Shown: piece after piece, positions 38,120 through 48,685 of the stretch
How the letters are laid out: every line of letters starts with the position of its first letter
How positions within the stretch are numbered: position 1 is the stretch's first letter
Source of the DNA: Oligoflexales bacterium
Lineage (GTDB): Bacteria > Bdellovibrionota_B > Oligoflexia > Oligoflexales > RGVZ01
Length of the DNA stretch: 55,646 bases
Assembly (NCBI GenBank): GCA_044375465.1
Contig: JBILMN010000004.1
Location: forward strand, 1-55,646
Reading direction: 5' to 3'
Notes under the pieces: model-generated
What the model was told of the DNA's origin: nothing
Database searches by the model: none
Seen by the model: only the letters and a program-made list of their open reading frames with translations
Made by a program: the position numbers and the translations under genes

Positions 38120-38152
38120 GATGACGATGGCAGAACCACCATCGAAACTTGA

Positions 38153-38551
38153 TTAGCGTTTTGAGAACTGGAAGCGGCGACGAGCAGAAGCCAAACCGTA
38201 CTTCTTACGCTCTTTCTTACGCGCATCACGGGTGATCAGACCAGCGTCCTTAAGGACTTTACGCTTATCAGGATCAATTGCCGACAACGCACGGCTCAAA
38301 GCATGACGAATCGCACCAGCTTGTCCGGTAAGGCCACCGCCAATCACGTTGACCGTGATGTCGTATGCATCCGTTGCACCAGCAAGCTCAAGAGCTTGTT
38401 GAACGATCATTTTTGAGGTCGGACGAAGGAAATACTCATCCATCGTACGCTTGTTGATCACAATATTGCCCTTGCCTTGCTTCATCCAGACGCGAGCGAT
38501 TGCTGTCTTGCGCTTGCCTACGGCGTGAATTGCTTTTGACTTGGTTGCCAT
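38153..38551 (-). CDS. rpsI: 30S ribosomal protein S9
   Basis: [32 protein letters not shown]...QFSKR. Confidence 0.98.
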   Translation of the reverse strand: MATKSKAIHAVGKRKTAIARVWMKQGKGNIVINKRTMDEYFLRPTSKMIVQQALELAGATDAYDITVNVIGGGLTGQAGAIRHALSRALSAIDPDKRKVLKDAGLITRDARKKERKKYGLASARRRFQFSKR

Positions 38552-38565
38552 GAATCAGATTCTCC

Positions 38566-38997
38566 TTAGCGAGTCGGCATTGCGACAGGGTTTTGAGCTT
38601 TGTGCGGATGCTCGGCCCCAGCGTACACATGCAGGTTGCCGGCGATCTTACGGCCAAGCTTCGACTTGGGGAGCATGCCTTTAATCGCGGACGCGATCAC
38701 ACGATCAGGCTTCGTAGCGAGGAGGTCCCGCGCTGCGATCGCCTTAATACCACCAATGTATCCGGTGTGATGGAAATAGAACTTGTCCGTCGCTTTGACA
38801 CCGCTCATTTTTACTTTGCCAGCATTGACGACGACAACATAATCGCCACCATCAATATGGGGAGCAAAGTCAGCTTTGTGCTTGCCGCGAAGGACACGGG
38901 CTACTTCAGTCGCCAAACGACCAAGAGTCTTGCCGGACGCATCAACGATGGTCCACTGCTTCTTAACATCAGCAGGTTTTACACTTACAGTTTTCAT
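38566..38997 (-). CDS. rplM: 50S ribosomal protein L13
   Basis: VDASGKTLGRLA, LRGKHK, GDYVVVVNA, HPHKAQNP; start trimmed to MKTV. Confidence 0.98.
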   Translation of the reverse strand: MKTVSVKPADVKKQWTIVDASGKTLGRLATEVARVLRGKHKADFAPHIDGGDYVVVVNAGKVKMSGVKATDKFYFHHTGYIGGIKAIAARDLLATKPDRVIASAIKGMLPKSKLGRKIAGNLHVYAGAEHPHKAQNPVAMPTR

Positions 38998-39098
38998 AAA
39001 TATCCGTAACTCCAGATACCGGTAGCGCGCTTGAATCATTGGACTTTCACACAACCGGCAAGGCGCAAAACCCAGCTGCTGGTCCTTAGAGAGGGGGC

Positions 39099-39127
39099 AC
39101 TATATATAAGTGACCCCCTCTGGTCAA
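39099..39127 (-). promoter_or_regulatory. Putative sigma70 promoter of rplM-rpsI
   Basis: TTGACC-17 bp-TATAGT on the minus strand. Confidence 0.75.
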
Positions 39128-39158
39128 CAAGGAACCCACGAGATTCAAGGGTTTGACG

Positions 39159-39188
39159 AAAAAAAAAGGGCACCCAAAAGGTGCCCTC
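39159..39188 (-). terminator. Intrinsic terminator after asnS
   Basis: GGGCACC/GGTGCCC stem plus a long T run on minus strand. Confidence 0.85.
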
Positions 39189-39195
39189 ATCAACC

Positions 39196-40590
39196 TTAAA
39201 ATGCAATCGTTTGGGGGGCTCTTGGGCAAGGAATCACATCCCGGATATTAGCCATCCCAGACAAGTATTGGATAATACGCTCAAAACCAAGGCCGAATCC
39301 CGCATGGGGCACGGAGCCAAAACGACGCAGATCAAGGTACCATTGCAGGTCATCCATCGGTAGCCCCAGCTCACGAATTCTGGACTCGAGGAGATCCATA
39401 CGATCCTCCCGCTGGCTACCTCCAATGATTTCGCCAATTCTCGGCACCAGCACATCCATCGCTGCCACTGTCTTGCCGTCATCATTAAGCCGCATATAGA
39501 AAGCCTTAAATTCTTTTGGATAGTCGGTCACAATTACGGGTCCTTTGAATACATGATCCGTCAGATACCTTTCGTGTTCGGACTGCAGGTCAATGCCCCA
39601 TTTCACCGGAAAATCAAACTTAACAGATGCCGACTCCAATTCCTTGATGGCGTCGGTGTAGGTCATCCGTGCGAATTTTGAGCCGCCTAATTTTTCGATG
39701 TCGTCCGGAGTCATACCTTTGTACATTTCACTGAGGAACGCGAGCTCATCAGGACATCGATTCACAGCCCATCCACAGAGAAATCTCACGAAATCTTCTG
39801 CTAAGGCCATATCGTCTTCAAGATCGGCAAAGGCCATTTCAGGTTCAATCATCCAAAACTCAGACAAATGCCGTGTTGTGTTTGAATTTTCGGCCCTGAA
39901 CGTTGGACCAAAGGTATAAATATCTCCGTGCGATAAAGCCAAGAACTCTCCTTGAAGCTGGCCCGTTACGGTCAAATGCGCATGCTTACCAAAAAAATCC
40001 TTTGACCAATCCACCTTGCCTTTTTCAGTGCGTGGCAGCGCATCAAAATCCAGTGTCGACACAGTGAACATTTCACCAGCGCCCTCACCGTCATTGGCGG
40101 TGATGATTGGCGTGTGAGCCCAAATGAAACCCCGCGATTGAAAAAACTCATGAACCCCATGGGCTAACGCGTTGCGCAAACGCCAAACCGCACCAAAGGT
40201 ATTTGTGCGGCCGCGAAGGTGACCGATTTCACGAAGAAACTCGAGAGTATGACCTTTTTTCTGAAGGGGGTACGTTTCCGGATTCGCTTCCCCAAAAAGC
40301 GTTAACCGCTTGGCGTGAACCTCCCACGATTGTCCCTTGCCCTGACTTGCTTTAAGTTCACCCTCAATACAAACGGATGCCCCTGTCTGACAACGCCCCA
40401 GAAGGTCAAATCCGTCGATGCCCTGATCGATGATACATTGCAACGTCGCTTGACAGGATCCGTCATTTAAAACCAAAAACGCAAAAGTTTTTGACTCGCG
40501 CCGGGAGCGGACCCAGCCACAAATGGTGACTGACTGACCTTCACGACCAGATTTTAGAATCTCCTTAATCCGTTGACGCCTGATACTCAT
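39196..40590 (-). CDS. asnS: Asparagine--tRNA ligase
   Basis: LNDGS, LTVTGQL, FGPTFRAENSNTTRHLSEFWMIEPE, GEIIGGSQRE, GFGLGFER. Confidence 0.97.
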   Translation of the reverse strand: MSIRRQRIKEILKSGREGQSVTICGWVRSRRESKTFAFLVLNDGSCQATLQCIIDQGIDGFDLLGRCQTGASVCIEGELKASQGKGQSWEVHAKRLTLFGEANPETYPLQKKGHTLEFLREIGHLRGRTNTFGAVWRLRNALAHGVHEFFQSRGFIWAHTPIITANDGEGAGEMFTVSTLDFDALPRTEKGKVDWSKDFFGKHAHLTVTGQLQGEFLALSHGDIYTFGPTFRAENSNTTRHLSEFWMIEPEMAFADLEDDMALAEDFVRFLCGWAVNRCPDELAFLSEMYKGMTPDDIEKLGGSKFARMTYTDAIKELESASVKFDFPVKWGIDLQSEHERYLTDHVFKGPVIVTDYPKEFKAFYMRLNDDGKTVAAMDVLVPRIGEIIGGSQREDRMDLLESRIRELGLPMDDLQWYLDLRRFGSVPHAGFGLGFERIIQYLSGMANIRDVIPCPRAPQTIAF

Positions 40591-41846
40591 TGTCCCGTTT
40601 CCCCCTTTGGAGTCATTAAATCCCGCATTCTTTTCTCATCAAGTCGCACCGTCTTCAACGCCTCAATTTTACGCAGCCCGGACCAGGTCCCTGCAGGAAT
40701 AAATGAATGCACGGTCAGCGGCTGATCTTCGCGGCGCTGGTGCACCTCATGATACACCGCAAGAACACCGCGAGCCACCCGATACCAGTTAAATCGCAAC
40801 ACCTGGGCCGTACCGGCTTTGATCATCGAATCGCGCAGACGCACATCAGTTAAGACCCGGTGCATCGCGCGCGTCAATTGATCACGATCACGGGGATTCA
40901 CCAAAATGGCGGCATGCCCCACCACCTCAGGAATACTACTGGTAGAACTTGTGACCACCGGCGCCCCTGAAGCCATCGCCTCCAGCGGGGGTAAGCCAAA
41001 CCCCTCGTACAGACTCGGGTAGGCAACCAAACTGGCGCGACGGTAATACTCTCCCAGTTCCGCGTCAGTGACAAACCCCTTAAATATAACATCATCCCGG
41101 TACTGACGCGCCTTCAACTGGACGGATGCGAACAAGGGACTTTCACCACCGATCAAAATCAGTTTGGTCTTAATGGCCGGGTAGTCATGCCGGAGTTTTT
41201 CATAGGACTCGATCAGCACATTGATGTTTTTGCGAGGTTCAAGCGACCCGACATAGAGAATAAAATCATCTTCGCGAATCGATGTCACCGTCTCCACGCT
41301 TGTGGCTGGTAGCGAGAACGTGTCATCAACAGCCCAATAAACAAGGCTCACCCGTTCGGCTGGCAAATTAAAATATTGCAGGAGGTCATTTTTAGAGTTG
41401 TTGCTATTTGTGATCACTTTCGTGGCGCGACGGGCGAGCATCGGAATAATCAAGTTATAAACCGTGCGAAACGCGAAGCTGTACCATTGGGGATTCACCA
41501 CAAAACAAAGATCATGAATGTGAATGATCGAGCGGCCTTTGTAAAAAAGCGGCGCGACGTTTGCCGGGGAATGCAAAATATCGATCCTGTATTCTTTTGC
41601 CAGTCTTGGCAGCCGTATCTGTTCCCACACATGATTCCGGAAACTCTCATTGGTTCGCAAATGATCAGCCACTACCGTGACATTTGGATAATTCCACTCA
41701 GGGGCCCCGATTTGTTCTTTGCCGGTAAAAATCACGTATTCGTTTTCGCGATCGATCTCAATCAAAGTCTTCACGAGGTTATAGGCGGCCCGCTGCACGC
41801 CCGTACGCTTTGCCACAAGAAACCGGCCATTGATGCCAATCCTCAA
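40587..41846 (-). CDS. GT4 family glycosyltransferase
   Basis: (M)[35 protein letters not shown]; TTG start overlapping upstream TGA. Confidence 0.92.
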   Translation of the reverse strand: MRIGINGRFLVAKRTGVQRAAYNLVKTLIEIDRENEYVIFTGKEQIGAPEWNYPNVTVVADHLRTNESFRNHVWEQIRLPRLAKEYRIDILHSPANVAPLFYKGRSIIHIHDLCFVVNPQWYSFAFRTVYNLIIPMLARRATKVITNSNNSKNDLLQYFNLPAERVSLVYWAVDDTFSLPATSVETVTSIREDDFILYVGSLEPRKNINVLIESYEKLRHDYPAIKTKLILIGGESPLFASVQLKARQYRDDVIFKGFVTDAELGEYYRRASLVAYPSLYEGFGLPPLEAMASGAPVVTSSTSSIPEVVGHAAILVNPRDRDQLTRAMHRVLTDVRLRDSMIKAGTAQVLRFNWYRVARGVLAVYHEVHQRREDQPLTVHSFIPAGTWSGLRKIEALKTVRLDEKRMRDLMTPKGETGQ

Positions 41847-43006
41847 GAGGGCCCCCCAATCTGCGATGCATTTGATAATTGAGAAGGTAAATGGGGGGTG
41901 GTCGCAGTCGCAAGGCCCAAACAATCGCGATAGATCGCCAATGTCTGCTCTGTCATCGTTCGCCAAGAGAACTTGGATCTGTGAGATTCAATCTTATCTG
42001 AAGTCACGGGATTTATGCCCGCGGACTCAACTCCCTGCTCAAGTGCTCGCGCAATATCGAGATAGTCATAGGGGTTTGCGAAAATCGCCAGGTCGCCGAC
42101 CACTTCAGGGAGCGATGATGACCGTGCCACCACGACAGGAGCACCGCAGCACATCGCTTCGAGAGGCGGCAATCCAAACCCCTCGTAGGTCGACGGATAG
42201 ACAAACAGCCGCGTCATGGAGTAGATCGCCGGCAGATGCTCCTCCGCAATAAACTTGGAGAAATAGATCAAATGCTTTTTGTTGAATGACTCAGCAAGAC
42301 GCAGAAGAGCAGTATCCACGGGCGTCGCCAACACCAGCGGTACTTCGACATTGGACTGGCAGTAAGCGCGCACCAATTGATGCACATTTTTGTGGGGCTT
42401 GTTGTTTGAAACACAAAGAATAAAGTCATCAGGCAATTCATAAATCTCGCGCACATAGGCCAAGTCAGCCGGATCACGAACGGCGCGGTACACATCACTC
42501 ACACCATTGTAGGTAACGAAAATTTTTGCAGGATCAAGTCCCAGAGTTCGCACAATCTCGTTCTTTGAAAAATGGCTCACGGTCAAAATCGAAGTAGAAC
42601 GGTCGATACAGCTTTTGACAAAAACGCGGTAATACAGTTGGTGTAATGGCGTATAAAATTGCGGAAGCACCAGGTGATTCAGGTCATGAATGGTCATGAT
42701 CATTTTGCATGGCGTCATCAGTGGCGCCACAAATGAAGGCGCATGAAACAAATCTATTTTTTTTGCTTTGAGGACGGAAGGAATTTCAAACTGCTCACGA
42801 AAACTGATCCAAGACGCCTTGATCTCCAAAAACTTCATGTGACCCGGCCAGGCTTCATCAAGAAGCGGGCTATCGCGATTGACCAAAATTTCATACTGAT
42901 TCTGCTCGTCGATCACAGATAGCCCGCGAATCAGTTCATAAACATACCTGGCAATGCCGTGCATGCTGCCTGTTCGAATCATTCTGGCATCAATGGCGAT
43001 ACGCAT
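41843..43006 (-). CDS. GT4 family glycosyltransferase
   Basis: [36 protein letters not shown]. Confidence 0.92.
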   Translation of the reverse strand: MRIAIDARMIRTGSMHGIARYVYELIRGLSVIDEQNQYEILVNRDSPLLDEAWPGHMKFLEIKASWISFREQFEIPSVLKAKKIDLFHAPSFVAPLMTPCKMIMTIHDLNHLVLPQFYTPLHQLYYRVFVKSCIDRSTSILTVSHFSKNEIVRTLGLDPAKIFVTYNGVSDVYRAVRDPADLAYVREIYELPDDFILCVSNNKPHKNVHQLVRAYCQSNVEVPLVLATPVDTALLRLAESFNKKHLIYFSKFIAEEHLPAIYSMTRLFVYPSTYEGFGLPPLEAMCCGAPVVVARSSSLPEVVGDLAIFANPYDYLDIARALEQGVESAGINPVTSDKIESHRSKFSWRTMTEQTLAIYRDCLGLATATTPHLPSQLSNASQIGGPS

Positions 43007-43278
43007 GTTCAGTGTTTTCCGCTCCGCAAACGGCATCATGACAACGAGGCCTACGCTTCTTTGACAAGCGATGAACACGAGATTCTATCCAAAACACGAT
43101 CTTAATACCATGTATTTATTTAAGAATTTGATAATCATAAACTCCGCCCCCATCGCCTGACGAAGACCCCCTTCATCAAGGAAGAGTGAAACACGGTGAA
43201 GATAACCGTCCGAGATTTCAAGTATTTCACAGAATGAGTGATTTTTGTCCGAGATCTACACTTAGAGGAGACGATGCT

Positions 43279-44586
43279 ATGAATCAGCATATTTCCGTGT
43301 TGGCACGGAGGAGTCGGGGCCGTCATCTGACCTGGTCGTTTTACCTGTCCGGCCTCATGATGAGCGCCTGTGGTCCACAAGATCCCGCATTTACAGAACA
43401 ATCTCAAGAGGCCTCATCGGGGGATCAAATCACCGACGCCAGTGTTTACGGGGACTCCGCTCCGGCGCGAGATCCCAGCAACCCTGCAGACGGCACCTCT
43501 GGAAGTCAGGGTGGGGACCGGTTCGGTTCCTGGCGCCCCGGAGATCCGTCGATCGATAACCCTACCAATCCCGGCACAGAGCCGTATGCCGGCCTCGCGT
43601 TGGTGAGCGACGTGAGCACGTTTCAAACAAATTCAAAGGTGGACATCTTGTGGATTGTCGACTCTTCTGGATCGATGCGCGAAGAGCAGACCTACCTCGG
43701 GCAAAATTTTTCAAGCTTTGTGGCAAGACTGACTCAGTCCAATACTGATTTTCGCATGGGCGTCACCACCACCGATGTTTGTGACAACCAAAACCCCGGC
43801 AGTGTCCCCGTTGGTCAACGTTATTGCCCAACCTTGGATGGACAAGCAAGCTCCCACCTGCGCGGATCGCTCGTGGGAGCATTGGGATCCAAGGTTCTCA
43901 CGCCAACAACCCCCGATATTCAGGCGAAATTTCTGAGTTATGCAAACGTTGGCATCAATGGATCGTCATTTGAGCATGGTCTGACCGCCGGCAAAATGGC
44001 CATTCAAAAATCTTTATCCGGTCAAAATGAAGGACTCATTCGCCTTGATGCATTCCTGGCTGTTATTGTTGTCAGTGATGAGGAGGACGATGGCATCGGT
44101 CTTGGCATGACAGATTCCTACACCGGACAAAATTTTGTGCAAGCAGGATTAACCTCATACAGATACACCTCAGATGACTTCATCCAAGACACACGCAGCC
44201 TCAAGGGCGCGGGAAATTTCTCGGTTTCGACGATCACTGGCACGAGAAATACAGATGGGCGCATGTGTACATCGGCGCACTCGCAGCCATTAGAGGAAGG
44301 CACCCAATACATCAACGCAGCAAAGAAGACTGGCGGCATCATCCAAAGTATCTGCGAAACCAATTGGTCGGCATCACTTGCGAGCATCGGCCAGGATATC
44401 ACAGCGCAATCCTCGCAAATCGTATTGACGAAAGCCCCCTACGCTTCGTCCATCAAAGTGTTTATCAATGGAGTACAAACCACATCCTGGAGCTATAATA
44501 GCGGTAACAACGCGATTAGATTTGATGTCGGACACCTGCCGACCACGGGCTCACAAATCAAGGTCCAATACTACGCTGCACCATAG
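43279..44586 (+). CDS. vWA/MIDAS-domain lipoprotein
   Basis: Lipobox MSAC; KVDILWIVDSSGSM (DxSxS), GVTTTD, VIVVSDEED; GAGGAG RBS before ATG 43279. Confidence 0.8.
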   Translation: MNQHISVLARRSRGRHLTWSFYLSGLMMSACGPQDPAFTEQSQEASSGDQITDASVYGDSAPARDPSNPADGTSGSQGGDRFGSWRPGDPSIDNPTNPGTEPYAGLALVSDVSTFQTNSKVDILWIVDSSGSMREEQTYLGQNFSSFVARLTQSNTDFRMGVTTTDVCDNQNPGSVPVGQRYCPTLDGQASSHLRGSLVGALGSKVLTPTTPDIQAKFLSYANVGINGSSFEHGLTAGKMAIQKSLSGQNEGLIRLDAFLAVIVVSDEEDDGIGLGMTDSYTGQNFVQAGLTSYRYTSDDFIQDTRSLKGAGNFSVSTITGTRNTDGRMCTSAHSQPLEEGTQYINAAKKTGGIIQSICETNWSASLASIGQDITAQSSQIVLTKAPYASSIKVFINGVQTTSWSYNSGNNAIRFDVGHLPTTGSQIKVQYYAAP

Positions 44587-44598
44587 AGGATGCCCCAC

Positions 44599-44634
44599 AA
44601 AAAAACCCACCTGGACTGTCATCTGTCCGGTGGG
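44599..44634 (-). terminator. Intrinsic terminator between convergent genes
   Basis: CCCACC(T)GGAC/GTCCGGTGGG stem with T run on minus strand. Confidence 0.7.
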
Positions 44635-44668
44635 ATCCATGAAAAAAATTGTAGACGAACCGTGTCGG

Positions 44669-45406
44669 TTAGAACACCACACCAAAGTCCACTGTAAAGT
44701 CAGGCGTTGTCATCATGCGATGACGCAGCTCTTTGCGCTCCTTATCGTTGAGCTCCGAATAAGTGAGACCCAACTTTTTCTGCTCCGTTTCGTCGATTTT
44801 GACATCTTTCACCTGAGAATTCATGTGCCGCAGTCCAACGTGGGCACCAATGGCCAGGGGCCATTCATTGGCAACGTAACGGTACCCAGCCCTCAGATGC
44901 CCGGTCACACCTTTGCCCTCAACGCGGTGATGCAGAAAACCATCTTGGTCGACCAGGCTTGTCCGCTGGCTTTCACGGTCATCAGGCTTTTTCTTCCACT
45001 CTGCATTCCACTTCCTGTATCCGGCGCCAATAGACCAGAAAAAACCACCCATATTTGCCTCGTCTGAATAACGGCTCATCAAAAGAGACCCTTGCACGCC
45101 GTTGATGGCTAGCGAGTTCCCTGTCGTGGTGATCTCATCATCCAACAATTCCTCAGTGGTGGAAATAGCAGCTGCTTCCAAAGCCAATCCAATACTGCGA
45201 TCAGCATTATACTCAACATGAAGACGCATTTGCGGGCGCTCAGCCACCACAGGCAAACTGATAAGCCAATCCCGCCCTGTAGATTTTGTACTGCCAGACT
45301 GATTGAATGCGCCCATGGCTGGACCTTTTTTCATGGGAGCGGCATAAGACTCAGAAGCCGCAATACAAAGCCCTGCAAAGAATACCAGTAATTTTGATGA
45401 TTTCAT
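44669..45406 (-). CDS. Putative outer-membrane beta-barrel protein
   Basis: Signal peptide, alternating beta-strand patterns, C-terminal VDFGVVF. Confidence 0.65.
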   Translation of the reverse strand: MKSSKLLVFFAGLCIAASESYAAPMKKGPAMGAFNQSGSTKSTGRDWLISLPVVAERPQMRLHVEYNADRSIGLALEAAAISTTEELLDDEITTTGNSLAINGVQGSLLMSRYSDEANMGGFFWSIGAGYRKWNAEWKKKPDDRESQRTSLVDQDGFLHHRVEGKGVTGHLRAGYRYVANEWPLAIGAHVGLRHMNSQVKDVKIDETEQKKLGLTYSELNDKERKELRHRMMTTPDFTVDFGVVF

Positions 45407-45571
45407 GCGCGACATCCTTTCATTGATTTTTGGAGACGCGAAACAAAAAGCACAACCGACTCCGGTAAATCCATTGTATAATGACTGACACCCCCTCGCA
45501 CGATGGCAAAAATCTGCCCTTTTTCGCGTCGCGTTGGGCAATTTTTACCTGTAACCCGAGGACAATGATTG

Positions 45572-46369
45572 ATGCTCGTGATCGCCCACCGCGGCAACAA
45601 CAAAGAAGCTTTTGAAAATAGTTTTACCGCCTACGAAAAAAGCGTGGAATCGGGCGCCCATCGCATTGAACTTGACGTGATGCTGACGCGGGACGGTCAT
45701 GCTGTCATCAACCACGATGACCATTTAATGCATGCGACAGGAAAAAACCTTTTCTGTTCAAAACTCCATCGTGCGGAATTTAGGGGATTGCGGCAAATCC
45801 ATGGAGATGCCGTGCCTTTTTTGGATGAAGTGGTTGAGCGTTTTCTTGGCCGTATTGAGCTGAATATCGAAATTAAAGGCAACAATCCTGCAGCAGCTGC
45901 AGCGGTCCAAAAAATCATTGGTAATCACCCTTTACGGGATAAAATTATTGTCTCCTGCTTCTTCCCTGAACCCTTGATCTATATGCGTGACCATTGTCCT
46001 GACGTACAAAGGGCCTGTTTAACAGGAGATGATGACTTGCCGTGGCCGTTTTTTTCGCATCTCGCGATCGTCAATTTTATGCAAATGACCAGTTCACATA
46101 TTGTTCATCCGAGGATGGGTCAAATCTCAGAAAACTTTATGGATCAATGCCGGTCGCGCGGATGGAAGGTTTTCACTTGGGCGCCCATGGTCGGCGAAGA
46201 TGTTGCCAGGGAGTCTTGGTGGGCCATGTTGCGAACCATGGGTGTCGACGGTCACTGCACCAACTATCCTCGCGAGCTTCACCAATGGCTGGAGCAAGAA
46301 GAGGCGTTTGACGTAAAATTGCAGAAGCTGGTAGGATCACAGCTCAGGTTGGAGCCCCAAAAATGCTGA
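45572..46369 (+). CDS. Glycerophosphodiester phosphodiesterase
   Basis: IAHRG, ENS, IELDV, NHD, NIEIK, GVDGHCTNYP. Confidence 0.92.
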   Translation: MLVIAHRGNNKEAFENSFTAYEKSVESGAHRIELDVMLTRDGHAVINHDDHLMHATGKNLFCSKLHRAEFRGLRQIHGDAVPFLDEVVERFLGRIELNIEIKGNNPAAAAAVQKIIGNHPLRDKIIVSCFFPEPLIYMRDHCPDVQRACLTGDDDLPWPFFSHLAIVNFMQMTSSHIVHPRMGQISENFMDQCRSRGWKVFTWAPMVGEDVARESWWAMLRTMGVDGHCTNYPRELHQWLEQEEAFDVKLQKLVGSQLRLEPQKC

Positions 46370-47244
46370 CAAATATCATTCGCGACCCATCAAATTCCCT
46401 GGACCTTCGCTATGCCACAAGCGAAAACGCCGCCCAAGCAAATCGCTTTCTGGTTTTTGCCAACGGCCGCTCCGAGTGGATCGAGAAATACCACGCGCTT
46501 CCCTCTGAGCTCAAAATCGGCGTAGACTCAGCCTTCATGACCTTTGATCATCGGGGTCAGGGAGCCTCTGGCGGAGCAAGAGCCTGGATCCATGACTACG
46601 AAACCTATGCTCGAGATATGAAGGCAGTGATCGATGCGTCGGTTGGCAATAAACCCTATAACTTAATCTGTCACAGCATGGGCGGTTTGATATCTCTACA
46701 AGCGATCATGCGAGGCCTGATAAAACCCCGGTGTCTCGTGCTTAGCTCGCCCCTTCTTGGCATGCCCAATAAACCAATGCCCGCGCCACTGGCGTACTAC
46801 ACATCGGCGTTATTGACTGGTTGCTTTCTTGGCCACATCAATACCGGTGGAGCCAGGTACTGGAAGCCACCGTTTGAGAGGAACGTTCTCACCCACTCAG
46901 CTGAACGCTATGAAGTGATCCAAAACTCCCCTTACCCCGTACCGAGCCCCACATTTGAATGGGTCAAAGCGAGCTATCAGGCGACACAGTTCGTACTGCA
47001 GCCCGAAAATCTCGCCAAGCTCGACATTCCAGTTCTCGTACTCTGCGGCACGGAGGAACTGGTGGTCGATCCCGACGCGCTGCCACGTTGGGTCACCGCG
47101 GTCAATCAACTGGGCAAAACCAAGGTCGATTTTCATTGGATTCACGGCGGCTATCACGAGCTTTTATTTGAGAGCAAACCGATCGCCGAGCAGGTCATGA
47201 CATTAATTCGCACCTGGTTCGACAAGAATGGATTCCCCTTGTAA
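46363..47244 (+). CDS. Lysophospholipase L2 (PldB)-like alpha/beta hydrolase
   Basis: GRSEWIEKY, DHRGQGAS, CHSMGG, GYHELLFE. Confidence 0.88.
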   Translation: MLTNIIRDPSNSLDLRYATSENAAQANRFLVFANGRSEWIEKYHALPSELKIGVDSAFMTFDHRGQGASGGARAWIHDYETYARDMKAVIDASVGNKPYNLICHSMGGLISLQAIMRGLIKPRCLVLSSPLLGMPNKPMPAPLAYYTSALLTGCFLGHINTGGARYWKPPFERNVLTHSAERYEVIQNSPYPVPSPTFEWVKASYQATQFVLQPENLAKLDIPVLVLCGTEELVVDPDALPRWVTAVNQLGKTKVDFHWIHGGYHELLFESKPIAEQVMTLIRTWFDKNGFPL

Positions 47245-47374
47245 GGTCCTACAATCGATCGTGGATAAGACGAGGACACTCGCTATCAACAGCGAGGCCC
47301 TCATTAAGATTGACCTCATGTAGACCTGTAACGCAGACCCATTCCAGCGTTGTGTTGTAATGGATGATCAGGCT

Positions 47375-48637
47375 TCAGAAATTAAACGTCGCAGCGATCT
47401 TACCAAGCATGGGGCTCGTTTCGTTTCCTGCGATAAAATGAGGGCCATTGTGTAAGAATGTCTTGGCGATTGTCGCATCAACACGGGCATGTTCCGTCGC
47501 CCAGAATAGGCCAAGACTCCACAGATTTGCCTCAGATGGAGAGCTGATTTCGGCTTCGATCTTCGTCTTATTGATCTTGTCATCTTCGGTGAATGAACCT
47601 AACACGGTGTAATTTGTCCCAAACATGGCACCAATATTCTCGTAAAACTTACTTTCTCCACTTAAAGCCGCTTCAAGCCACTGAGCGTCTATTTTTACAG
47701 ACTCTGTGGACGTCGTGATTGACGATGAAAATGCTTGGTCCGAGCGTGTGGCCGTCGGTCCTTTACTAGAGGTCTTGAATAGATTGAGGCCTGCAAAAAT
47801 TTTTGCGGCGCTTTCACTTTTGCTGTAAACGTAGCCGCCACCAAGTCCCAGCACCTGATCTGCGAATTTGCCACTTTTACCAACGTTTGCGGACGTTACG
47901 GTCGCTTTGGCACTGCGATTAGCGAGCGAACCATTGGCAAAGTAGCCAGACCCCTGCGGCGCAGAAATAAATCTTGCATCAATTCTTTGCATGCTTGACT
48001 TGAGGTCAACCCCATCGTTAGTGCCTTGGTATTTGAAGTGATCGGTGATACCGATCGTTAGGCCGACATCGAGAAGAAATGCCGATTGGATGGAATAGCC
48101 CAAAGACGCTTCGAGGCTATCAGCTAATTGTTCCGACACGGCTGTCGGCGCAGTGGTCGTTTGTTTTAGACGTTCCTTGGCACTCGACAGCCGAAAACCG
48201 ATGCTTCGTTCAGCGCTCAGATTCATGGCACCAAAAAACTCCACCGACCGATCACCCTTGGCAAAAATACCGCTGGCACCACTTGATGACGATGAGGTTG
48301 CGACATTCATAAAACGAGTCTGCACGGAGAGTGATGAGTCACTTGTATAGTACGAAGACTGCCAATCGTGACGATTGATCGCAGCACCAAGATGCCAATG
48401 ATCATTGACGGGAGCGACAGCAGCTCCCCAAGCGCGACTGTTTGTGGTTGTTCCAAGCTCTATCAAAGCAAGGCTATACCGACCGGCAATGCCTGCATAT
48501 CGGAATATATCCGACTCATCTTGAATACCAGCAATGTTTTGCAAGGTGTCAACGCGCGTTTCCGATGCCAAAGCGGTGCACGACAGCATGAAAGACCCAA
48601 AGGTTAATTGACGCAATACACCTGTAGTTCTTATCAT
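47375..48637 (-). CDS. Outer-membrane beta-barrel protein, resembling Bdellovibrio major OMP (PopA) family
   Basis: Signal peptide, N-terminus SETRVDTLQN..QDESDIF..ALIELG, amphipathic strands, C-terminal AATFNF. Confidence 0.6.
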   Translation of the reverse strand: MIRTTGVLRQLTFGSFMLSCTALASETRVDTLQNIAGIQDESDIFRYAGIAGRYSLALIELGTTTNSRAWGAAVAPVNDHWHLGAAINRHDWQSSYYTSDSSLSVQTRFMNVATSSSSSGASGIFAKGDRSVEFFGAMNLSAERSIGFRLSSAKERLKQTTTAPTAVSEQLADSLEASLGYSIQSAFLLDVGLTIGITDHFKYQGTNDGVDLKSSMQRIDARFISAPQGSGYFANGSLANRSAKATVTSANVGKSGKFADQVLGLGGGYVYSKSESAAKIFAGLNLFKTSSKGPTATRSDQAFSSSITTSTESVKIDAQWLEAALSGESKFYENIGAMFGTNYTVLGSFTEDDKINKTKIEAEISSPSEANLWSLGLFWATEHARVDATIAKTFLHNGPHFIAGNETSPMLGKIAATFNF

Positions 48638-48685
48638 AAACTGATTCTCCCAAATTAAAGTTAACCGCGGCCATACGCCGATGAT

